DNA from: Candidatus Bathyarchaeota archaeon
GTDB taxonomy: Archaea > Thermoproteota > Bathyarchaeia > Bathyarchaeales > Bathycorpusculaceae
Assembly: GCA_963833575.1 (NCBI GenBank)
Contig: CAWHXY010000004.1
Span: 1,024,001 to 1,088,000, forward strand
Reading direction: 5' to 3'
Length of the DNA stretch: 64,000 nucleotides
Shown: in pieces, positions 20,248-28,253 of the stretch
Layout of the letters: each line of letters opens with the position of its first letter
Position numbering within the stretch: position 1 is the first letter of the stretch
Notes under the pieces: generated by a model
What the model saw: only the letters and a program-made list of their open reading frames with translations
The model's database searches: none
What the model was told of the DNA's origin: nothing
Translations under genes and position numbers: made by a program

Positions 20248-22869
20248 TTGCACTTCATGATACACAAAAAAGGGTTCGCTATAGGCATTCTTATTGTACT
20301 TCTTTTTTCAGTTTTCGTTTCAATTTCAAGCCTCAGTTTAGGTGCAAACGCCCCGACAAACGACAGCTCAACTTCAGCCAATGTAAACCAATACGAGTGG
20401 CCCCAATTCCAAGGTAATGAGTCATTTACCCGTTTCTCGGCAGGACCAGCTCCTAACACATCAAACATACTTTGGAAAGCTAACATAACTGGCATACAAC
20501 CTTACATTACAGCCTTTGACGGGATGATCTTCGTGGGCACCAACACTTCTATGGTTGCAGTTGACCAAACAGGGGACATTGTTTGGAACACTGAAATTCC
20601 CCTCAATAAAACGTGGCCAATAGCCTATGAAATCGACTCTAGCCACCTAGTTGTTGAAGGAAGCTGCCTTGACCCACTCACTGGCAAAATACTATGGACA
20701 AACACGGCCTTCTCCACTGACACAGGAATCTTCAACTCACCCGTCTACAGCCCAGAACAAAAAATGTTTTACGTGAAAGTTAACTCGTACATTCAAGCTT
20801 GGGATTTTTCTAACCCGTCTATCCCGACAACTTTAGCTTGGCAAACTTACATTCCAGGCGGCGGCATAACGGGTATTGGAACCTGCTACGGTGACGGCTT
20901 AGTGTTTACTGGTTCTTTTGAAAACCAGCAGTTAGCACTCAATGCCACGACAGGAGCAATCGTATGGGATACCCTGACTAAAGGGCCGATGATTTTTAAC
21001 GGCGCCTACTCCAACGGAAGATATTTCAGGGGTGGAACAGACGATAACACGCTCTACTGTTTCAATGCAGCAAATGGTAAAATCCTGTGGACTTACACTT
21101 CGCCCAATGACCAGATCGGGTACTTCACAACAGGTCCAGCAGTAGCATACGGCAACGTTTATGAAATGAACAAAGACGGATACCTTTACGCTGTTAACGC
21201 ACAGACTGGCAATCTAGTCTGGAAGTACAAGGGTCCAGATTCTGAACTTATATGGCCGGGGATGCCGACAGTTGCCGACGGCAAAATCTACGTAACCATA
21301 GGCGAAAGGGAAGAGTACAATGGCCCATCCCAAACTTCAGAATTCGCGTGTCTAAACGCTTACAATGGACAGTTGATTTGGTCTCTTCCGATAGAAGCAT
21401 TGCCTCCGCGGGAATCCGCTATTGTTGCTTATGGTACTCTATACATTATTCCAGGCAGCGTGTCAACGGCAGTGGATACAACCTCAGGAACAGAGTACTC
21501 AACTGATAGTCAACTGTGGGCAATAGGCGACAAATCTAAATCGGTACCTTTTCCTAGTCCAACTCCAACCGCTATTACTCCAACAGCAATACCTACGGTA
21601 CAGCCGTCAGTAACTCTTATTCCATCTTCAACCGCTAGTGATTGGGCTATGTGGCGGGCTGACCCAACGCACTCCTCAACCGCTACAGTGGGTCCATCTA
21701 ATCTCACTTTGGCTTGGAAATATACGACGAAAGGATCTGTAATATCTTCACCAAGCATCGTAAACAACATCGTCTACGCAGGTTCACAAGACAAAAACAT
21801 CTACGCCATTAATGCACAAAATGGCAACCTTATCTGGAAATACTCAACCGGCGGCCCCATTGTTTCTTCGCCAGCCATTGGTGACGGCAAAGTTTACATT
21901 GCAAGTGAAGACGGATATGTTTACTGCCTCGACTCCAACAAGGGCACTTTTGAGTGGCAAACCTTCGTTGATAGCAATTTGACTTTTACGTTTGGTGACT
22001 TAGTGCTTAAGTCTTCACCTGTAATATCCAACGGCATGGTTTACATTGGGTCGCTCGATGGCAACCTGTACGCTATTAACGAAAACAATGGTGACATAGC
22101 CTGGAAATTCCAATCGGGAGGTCCAATAGAATCTTCCCCAGCGTTTGCAGACGGCGCAGTCTATTTCACTTCCCAAGAGCTAGCTTCAGGCATGCTCTAC
22201 AAACTAGACGCTAATACTGGAAACGTGATTTGGAATCTAACGCTTCCTTACCAATATTCATTCGTAGGCGGTACCGAAATGCTCGGTTCTCCTTCAGTTG
22301 CGGCAGGTATGGTGTTTGCGTCTTCCGACTGGGGCGCTTACTATGCAGTAAACTCTTCAACAGGGCATGTAATTTGGCCTTTTATTGACCCTGTCGCTAT
22401 AGAATTCATAGTTTCCTCGCCAATCTATTCGAACGGTGACCTCTTCATTATTGATAAGTTCAATATAGACTGCCTCAACGCCGCCACTGGCAAGAGCCTT
22501 TGGAGTGCATACACAGGAGACGAGCTATATGTTTCGCCCTCGTATGCTGATGGAAAAATATATGTTACAACTAGTCAACGCCACATATTCGTTTTGGACA
22601 CGACTAATAACGGTGTAACCATCGCAAATGCAACCATGCCTTCGAGCAGTTGGTCTTCACCAAGCATAGCTAACGGAAAATTATACATCGGATGCAACGA
22701 CTGGAACATTTATTGCTTTTCTGAATACGTCAGCAAACAAGCTTCAACTGCTTCTCCACAAAACACCGTTACCTTGGGGCATGACTTGGTAATAGTGGTT
22801 GCCATAATAGCTGCCGTTGCTGTAGCCACACTTTTTGCCTACGGCTATACAAACCGGAAAAAAGACTGA
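20248..22869 (+). CDS. Double PQQ-like beta-propeller surface protein with Pro/Thr linker and C-terminal TM anchor
   Basis: Signal peptide, WPQFQG and WAMWRAD propeller starts, PSPTPTAITPT linker, C-terminal TM; true start may be ATG a few codons in. Confidence 0.85.
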   Translation: MHFMIHKKGFAIGILIVLLFSVFVSISSLSLGANAPTNDSSTSANVNQYEWPQFQGNESFTRFSAGPAPNTSNILWKANITGIQPYITAFDGMIFVGTNTSMVAVDQTGDIVWNTEIPLNKTWPIAYEIDSSHLVVEGSCLDPLTGKILWTNTAFSTDTGIFNSPVYSPEQKMFYVKVNSYIQAWDFSNPSIPTTLAWQTYIPGGGITGIGTCYGDGLVFTGSFENQQLALNATTGAIVWDTLTKGPMIFNGAYSNGRYFRGGTDDNTLYCFNAANGKILWTYTSPNDQIGYFTTGPAVAYGNVYEMNKDGYLYAVNAQTGNLVWKYKGPDSELIWPGMPTVADGKIYVTIGEREEYNGPSQTSEFACLNAYNGQLIWSLPIEALPPRESAIVAYGTLYIIPGSVSTAVDTTSGTEYSTDSQLWAIGDKSKSVPFPSPTPTAITPTAIPTVQPSVTLIPSSTASDWAMWRADPTHSSTATVGPSNLTLAWKYTTKGSVISSPSIVNNIVYAGSQDKNIYAINAQNGNLIWKYSTGGPIVSSPAIGDGKVYIASEDGYVYCLDSNKGTFEWQTFVDSNLTFTFGDLVLKSSPVISNGMVYIGSLDGNLYAINENNGDIAWKFQSGGPIESSPAFADGAVYFTSQELASGMLYKLDANTGNVIWNLTLPYQYSFVGGTEMLGSPSVAAGMVFASSDWGAYYAVNSSTGHVIWPFIDPVAIEFIVSSPIYSNGDLFIIDKFNIDCLNAATGKSLWSAYTGDELYVSPSYADGKIYVTTSQRHIFVLDTTNNGVTIANATMPSSSWSSPSIANGKLYIGCNDWNIYCFSEYVSKQASTASPQNTVTLGHDLVIVVAIIAAVAVATLFAYGYTNRKKD

Positions 22870-22961
22870 AAACCCGCTACTGCCAAAACAGTAATCGGTT
22901 AAACGGGACCTTGCGGTTGCTTTTTTCTCTAATCTACAATTAATTCCGCCCTTTGTTGGGC

Positions 22962-24431
22962 TTAGTCTTGCTGGTCTTTGCTTGGTGTGCTGTGACCGCC
23001 TGGGCTCTTCTTTACAGGCCTGATTTTGCCTAATTGCCTAAAAGCCCATCTCGTACTCCTGTATTTCCAAACAAGATGGTTTAATGCCATACGAGCCATA
23101 ATTTGACTATGGAAGTCTCCTCGCCTTCTCATCTTAAGGTAATACGTCGGAGTGAACATGTTGTCATAGACAGCTTTTTTGGTTGCTTCAAGCTTTGGAA
23201 GCGGTAACAGTTTGTTCTCGAAAACCTGCATCTGTTCATGGTAACGGTTCCAATCTTCGCTCATAGGCAAACCCAATTTCCGAACGTAGTCTGCAAGCTC
23301 AGTGCCTGGATATGGAACGGCTTCACACATGTAAACGTAGTCAGGTTTGGTTTTGCGGACAAAGTCTACGGTTTGCTGTAGCATCTCCGGCGTTTCGCCT
23401 GGATAACCTATAACTAATGAAATTGCAACAAGAATGCCTGAATCTTTCACCATTTTTATGGCTTTGGCGTTTTGCTTAACTGTAGTGCCTTTGCGCATTG
23501 TGTTTAGCATCTGTTGGCTGCCTGACTCAATACCGAAGTGGATGAGCTGGCAGTTTGTACTCCTAAGCTTAGTTAATAACTCTACGGATATTCTGTCTAC
23601 TCTTGTTCGGCAATCCCAAGGAAGCAAAAACTTTCTCGCCTGCATCTCGTTACATATAGCTATTGCTCTGTTTATGTCGTGAGTGAATGTATCATCATAG
23701 AATGCAAATGCTTCCGCCCCAAAAGTGTCCCTTAACCATTCGAGTTCATCAACAACCTTGCCTGGGCTTCTTGCCCTAAAGCCGCTGCCGCACATTTTAG
23801 ACGCAAGACAGAAGGCACAGTTGAAGGGGCATCCCCTGCTAGTTATTATGGGCATGTAGTTTTTGCTGTTAATTTTGTACCTTGTCATGTCAAAGTGGTG
23901 GTGAGCTGGGCGAGGAAGCAAATCGATGTCTTGTATGAATGGTCGGTCGGCAGTAGCCACCATTTTACCGTTTTTCTTGAAAGTTATACCTAAAACATCA
24001 TTTAAGTCCTCGAGCTTACCCTCTGAAAATATTCGTGCCAACTCCAGCATTGTCTGTTCGCCCTCTCCGCGGACAACAATGTCTACATCTTTGCTGTCGG
24101 CGAAAGTGCGCTCGTCAAGTACTGTGACATGAGGACCGCCAATCATAGTTATACAATTTGGAACGGCTGCTTTTGCAGCTTCCAGAATTTTGAGCGCTGG
24201 GAAATAGGTTACGGTTGCTGCAGTTACACCGATTATGTCGGGGCTTAAACTTCTGAACTTTTCTTCCATTTCTTTTTGGCTTGGTCGGTTAACTTGGCAA
24301 TCGACCACATCCACCTTGTAGCCTTTTTCTTCAAGCACCGCTGCCAAATAGCTTATGCCCAGCGGGATAAAGACGGCTTGCGGCACGTCGTCTGGATATG
24401 GTGGATTTGCTAGCACTACGTGAGCTTTCAC
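22962..24431 (-). CDS. Cobalamin-binding radical SAM protein
   Basis: IPLGISYLAAVL, GGPHVT, SRGCPFNCAFC, GIESG, GYPGET. Confidence 0.9.
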   Translation of the reverse strand: MKAHVVLANPPYPDDVPQAVFIPLGISYLAAVLEEKGYKVDVVDCQVNRPSQKEMEEKFRSLSPDIIGVTAATVTYFPALKILEAAKAAVPNCITMIGGPHVTVLDERTFADSKDVDIVVRGEGEQTMLELARIFSEGKLEDLNDVLGITFKKNGKMVATADRPFIQDIDLLPRPAHHHFDMTRYKINSKNYMPIITSRGCPFNCAFCLASKMCGSGFRARSPGKVVDELEWLRDTFGAEAFAFYDDTFTHDINRAIAICNEMQARKFLLPWDCRTRVDRISVELLTKLRSTNCQLIHFGIESGSQQMLNTMRKGTTVKQNAKAIKMVKDSGILVAISLVIGYPGETPEMLQQTVDFVRKTKPDYVYMCEAVPYPGTELADYVRKLGLPMSEDWNRYHEQMQVFENKLLPLPKLEATKKAVYDNMFTPTYYLKMRRRGDFHSQIMARMALNHLVWKYRSTRWAFRQLGKIRPVKKSPGGHSTPSKDQQD

Positions 24432-24492
24432 GTTGTTTCCTCGACTTAATTATGGAAAACGGCTACGGGAACTATTATGTGTTTTGCAAAAA

Positions 24493-24556
24493 GGTTCTGT
24501 GAAGTCTTTAACGGATGGTTTTCTCTGTGAAAAATCATCGGATATTTTTCTATTGA
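24493..24556 (+). repeat. Left terminal inverted repeat (bipartite)
   Basis: Outer GGTTCTGTGAAGTCTTTAACGGAT, inner TGTGAAAAATCATCGGAT, then TTTTTCTATTGA, all mirrored at 28050-28119. Confidence 0.85.
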
Positions 24557-24562
24557 CAAATT

Positions 24563-24820
24563 ATGCTTGGAATAATTCAAGGTTTATGGAATGAATTTTT
24601 ACCACATGAAAAAATAATGATGATAGGTGCATTTGCAGAAATGATTTTTTTGGGAATTGCTATTTGGTTAAGAATAAACACAATAGTGGGGTTTTCTGTT
24701 TGTGCTGGTTCTATGATTGTACTTATCCGTTATGAGCATAAAATTTGGATTGCAAATCAGCAAAAACCCCAATACTTAGACCAATGCTTGCAAGAAAAAC
24801 CGCAAACATCCAAGAATTAG
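24563..24820 (+). CDS. Small hydrophobic ORF inside the transposon (doubtful)
   Basis: ATG just inside the left TIR, two hydrophobic stretches, but overlaps 24723-25142 on the opposite strand by 98 bp. Confidence 0.3.
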   Translation: MLGIIQGLWNEFLPHEKIMMIGAFAEMIFLGIAIWLRINTIVGFSVCAGSMIVLIRYEHKIWIANQQKPQYLDQCLQEKPQTSKN

Positions 24821-25142
24821 AATTTTTTACCACCATCAAAATGAAATCGTTAAACAAACCACTAACAACAGTGGCAAATATCATGCCAACAAAAAATGCT
24901 AAATAAGCGTGACCTTTGTGCTTTGTTTGATTGTTAATAGCTGGAATAATGGCAATTCCGTTTCCACCTTTGATAATCAAACTAAGCAATATGTCGCTTA
25001 GTAAATAAGTGAAAATTGCTGTAAATCCAAATATCCAGTATTCAGGTAATAACCAACCGAGAGCTAGTAAAGCCAAAACTACTAAAATAAAAGCAATTAT
25101 TGGGTTCTGAAGTAACCTAATGAACGCATTACCTTTTGGCAT
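24723..25142 (-). CDS. Four-TM hypothetical membrane protein (transposon passenger)
   Basis: ATG start 15 bp downstream of the AbrB-like gene stop; four hydrophobic helices. Confidence 0.65.
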   Translation of the reverse strand: MPKGNAFIRLLQNPIIAFILVVLALLALGWLLPEYWIFGFTAIFTYLLSDILLSLIIKGGNGIAIIPAINNQTKHKGHAYLAFFVGMIFATVVSGLFNDFILMVVKNSNSWMFAVFLASIGLSIGVFADLQSKFYAHNG

Positions 25143-25157
25143 AATTCTCTTCCGAAT

Positions 25158-25334
25158 CTACTTTACTTTAATCGGTTTTACCTGAATTACCAATTCTCCA
25201 TTTTCAACTTTCAATGTCCAATCGAGTTTGTCATATTCGGTTAATCCAAACTGTTTTACTATGCTGTAGGGTACGGTTGTTCTGAGTGATTCGCTTTTTG
25301 TTGCTGATTTGTTTAGGAATGTTATTTCTCCCAT
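25158..25334 (-). CDS. AbrB/MazE/SpoVT-like DNA-binding protein, 58 aa (not in the ORF track)
   Basis: Manual translation MGEITFLNKSATKSESLRTTVPYSIVKQFGLTEYDKLDWTLKVENGELVIQVKPIKVK; SLRTTVP..IV..FGL...D.L.W pattern; GAGG upstream. Confidence 0.8.
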   Translation of the reverse strand: MGEITFLNKSATKSESLRTTVPYSIVKQFGLTEYDKLDWTLKVENGELVIQVKPIKVK

Positions 25335-25436
25335 ATTGTTTACCTCTTGTTAGGTGTATCTATCGGTAAACGTCTATATTAGCTTTACCTATGTATTTAC
25401 CAATATATTTATTAATAGGTAAGCCTATAGGTAAAT

Positions 25437-26567
25437 GTGTTGGTAAGCACAATGATGACCGAAAACCTCAGAGAACAAAAAGGTCAAGCAATCGCACAGC
25501 ACAACGGACAGGTCAAACGCATAGATGATTACCTTTACATCGTAAAATCGCAATCCAACAATGGCGAATATACCGTTAACAAGGTTGATAGCGAATGGTT
25601 ATGCGATTGCCCAGATTTTACTTATCGCCATGTACCATGCAAACACATCCACGCAGTAAACTTCTCATTAACAATCCGAGCAGAAGTAAAAGTAAGAACA
25701 ATCTCTCCAATCGAAAACCTAACAGAATGCATCTATTGTGGATCATCAAACATCGTTAAAGACGGAAAACGCAAAAATAAATCAGGAATAATACAGATTT
25801 TTGAATGTAGAGACTGCCACAAATACTTCACGTTCAACATAGGCTTTGAAAGAATGAAACACAATCCACAAGCAATCACCACAAGCCTTCAGCTTTACTT
25901 TAGCGGTGAAAGCCTAAGAAACACCATGAAAGCACTAGAACTAATGGGAATCCAAGTATCTTACCGAACAATTCTAAATTGGATAAAAAAATACATAACC
26001 CTAATGAAAAACTACGCTGAAAAAATAACTCCAAACGTAAGCGACACATGGAGAGCAGACGAAATTTACCTAAAAATTTCTGGAAATATGAAATACCTGT
26101 TCTCAATGATGGACGATGAAACACGCTTTTGGATTGCTCAAGAAGTCGCAGAAACCAAAGATAAACACGATGCAAGAAATATTTTACGAATGTCTAAAGA
26201 ACTAATGGGAAAAAAACCTTTGACTTTCATAACGGATGGGTTATTCGCTTACAATGATGCTTACAAAAAAGAGTTTTGGAGTTTAAGAAATCCGAGAACT
26301 GAACATATAAGACATATCACTTTGAGAGGCGATCACAACAACAATAAAATGGAGCGCATGAACGGAGAAATTCGTGATAGAGAAAAGACGATGAGAGGAT
26401 TAAAGAAAACTGATACTGACATTCTCAAAGGCTACCAACTTTATCATAACTACATTAGACCCCATGAAGCATTAGACGGAAAAACACCCTCTGAAGCTTG
26501 TGGAATAACAATCGAAGGAAAAAATAAGTGGCTAACTCTAATTCAGAACGCAAGCAAAAAGAGTTAA
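25437..26567 (+). CDS. IS6-family DDE transposase with N-terminal SWIM zinc finger and Zn ribbon
   Basis: CDCPDF...CKH (SWIM), CIYC...CRDC ribbon, HTH, WRADEIY / ITDG / NNKMERMNG catalytic triad, YHNYIRPH. Confidence 0.9.
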   Translation: MLVSTMMTENLREQKGQAIAQHNGQVKRIDDYLYIVKSQSNNGEYTVNKVDSEWLCDCPDFTYRHVPCKHIHAVNFSLTIRAEVKVRTISPIENLTECIYCGSSNIVKDGKRKNKSGIIQIFECRDCHKYFTFNIGFERMKHNPQAITTSLQLYFSGESLRNTMKALELMGIQVSYRTILNWIKKYITLMKNYAEKITPNVSDTWRADEIYLKISGNMKYLFSMMDDETRFWIAQEVAETKDKHDARNILRMSKELMGKKPLTFITDGLFAYNDAYKKEFWSLRNPRTEHIRHITLRGDHNNNKMERMNGEIRDREKTMRGLKKTDTDILKGYQLYHNYIRPHEALDGKTPSEACGITIEGKNKWLTLIQNASKKS

Positions 26568-26603
26568 AATCATTTATACCACATCCAAGCATAACTGAAA
26601 AGC

Positions 26604-27527
26604 ATGACAAAAGCTGAGTTACTTTCAAAACTAGACGAAGAAGCTCTAAGAAAAATCGCAAAAAACGAAGAACTTTCTATTCCTAAAAACTATGGCAAAC
26701 GTGACCTTGTAAAATACTTAAACGGAATGTTGACTTTAGAGAAAATCAAAGAATACACCGCTGAAGTTTACGAAAAAGAAACCAAAAGAACAACAGTAAT
26801 CCATGAAACGATAAAAGAAAAGGGCATTAGAATTAAGGCAAAAGAAACAACGAAAATTAAGTTTGATAAGCTTGAGGTTATCCGTGAATTAACTCAAGAA
26901 GAAAAAATTGATTTATCTGTTTTAGACGATATTGCAAAAAACTTAGGGGAACCTGCTCCAAAAGGTAAAGGCTTTAGTCTTTATGATAAAATGAGCGATA
27001 AAATGCTTGATTATCTTAATCGAATTTTTGTTAAGAAAGAATCAGAAGGGCATGGTTTATTTTTGGAATATAGAACTGCCAATTTTATCAAGTGTAAAAA
27101 TAAGAAAGTAAATCAAATAAGAATCCGAGTAAAACCATGTTTAGAAGTGAAACAGCTTGATGTAGTAGGTTTTGATTCCAAAGACATTCCCTTAGTTATG
27201 GCTGAATGCAAAGATACATCCGTTAAAGTTGACTATTTGGATAAATGGATAGAGAATACCAAAAGACTATTTGACTTTTCCAAAGGCATTTTGGAAGAAT
27301 CATTTTTTGTAACTTCTAAAAAATTGACTGAAGAATGTCTTAGGCATATTGAAACCCATAAAGATATTGATGCTAAAAGAGGTCAACTCAAAGTTGTTGG
27401 TGGATGGTTTGAAAGAGGAATAAATTATTTGAGTGATAATAGAGATTTGAATAAAAGTGGAAGAGTTTACCTTTCAATTTATGAGGTAAGACAAAACGAA
27501 TTTACTAAGGTTTTCCCAAAAAAATGA
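26604..27527 (+). CDS. PD-(D/E)XK (Mrr/restriction-endonuclease-like) protein with small N-terminal helical domain
   Basis: GLFLEY...QLDVVG...VMAECKD matches the E..D..ExK layout; N-terminal LSKLDEEALRKIAK...KRDLV resembles a Rho-N/SAP-like helix pair. Confidence 0.6.
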   Translation: MTKAELLSKLDEEALRKIAKNEELSIPKNYGKRDLVKYLNGMLTLEKIKEYTAEVYEKETKRTTVIHETIKEKGIRIKAKETTKIKFDKLEVIRELTQEEKIDLSVLDDIAKNLGEPAPKGKGFSLYDKMSDKMLDYLNRIFVKKESEGHGLFLEYRTANFIKCKNKKVNQIRIRVKPCLEVKQLDVVGFDSKDIPLVMAECKDTSVKVDYLDKWIENTKRLFDFSKGILEESFFVTSKKLTEECLRHIETHKDIDAKRGQLKVVGGWFERGINYLSDNRDLNKSGRVYLSIYEVRQNEFTKVFPKK

Positions 27528-27534
27528 GAAAGGA

Positions 27535-28053
27535 TTATTGAAAAGTTTTCCACAGAATTTCATTGTATTTATCTGTTAGTTTAAGGGCTTTCTTCAAGTC
27601 TTTTTTTAGAACGAGAATTGAAGAGTCAGGTTCGCCACCAATCTTTATGTCGTATTTGGGATCAATATAGTAAGGGATTTTATTTTTTTCTAAAATTTCA
27701 AGTATTTTCAGGTATGTTGCTTTGTTTTTAGGAATGCTCGTATCGATATTATCTTTGTTGATAAGTCTATCAAAGTCGTATTGATGCTCGAAAACATATT
27801 TTTCATCTGTTATTTGCATTGATGATGCTTCTGTCTCTTCTTTTTGTGGTTTGTTTGTGTCAACTGTCGGTAAGTCGAAACGGTTTGGTGCGCTTAGCCA
27901 TTCATCAACACTTCTAGCTTTAGGTGCTTTCAAACTTCTGTCTATGGCTTTTGCGTGGTCACTTCGATTAGCTTGAACCTTTCTTGCCCTTCTAATTTGA
28001 CTGCCATAAGAACCCTTAGGTTTACTTCTATAATTCAAACCAAACTGCCTCAA
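27535..28053 (-). CDS. Hypothetical passenger protein
   Basis: 172-aa ORF starting within the right TIR; basic N-terminus, C-terminus weakly DUF2007-like. Confidence 0.55.
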   Translation of the reverse strand: MRQFGLNYRSKPKGSYGSQIRRARKVQANRSDHAKAIDRSLKAPKARSVDEWLSAPNRFDLPTVDTNKPQKEETEASSMQITDEKYVFEHQYDFDRLINKDNIDTSIPKNKATYLKILEILEKNKIPYYIDPKYDIKIGGEPDSSILVLKKDLKKALKLTDKYNEILWKTFQ

Positions 28054-28119
28054 TAGAAAAAATAGTCTATCCGATGAAATTTCACATGAACCCTAATCCG
28101 ATAGAGACTTCACAGAACC
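28050..28119 (-). repeat. Right terminal inverted repeat (bipartite)
   Basis: TCAATAGAAAAA, ATCCGATGAAATTTCACA and ATCCGATAGAGACTTCACAGAACC mirror the left end. Confidence 0.85.
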
Positions 28120-28253
28120 TGCAAAAACAATGGACTATTAATTCTGTTGAGTTTTTGATGTTTGCCTAATTTTAGTAGCTAAAACACAAGGGTTTTATTG
28201 TCAAGCTGCAATAGCGACTTACAATTGGAAGTAAATTTAGGTAAAGTGCGAGT

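Larger units (their letters stand above)
24493..28119. mobile_element. IS6-family cargo transposon (3627 bp) with passenger genes
   Basis: Ends GGTTCTGTGAAGTCTTTAACGGAT and its 22/24 reverse complement; exact flanking direct repeat TGCAAAAA at 24485-24492 and 28120-28127; internal DDE transposase; visibly AT-richer than the flanks. Confidence 0.92.
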
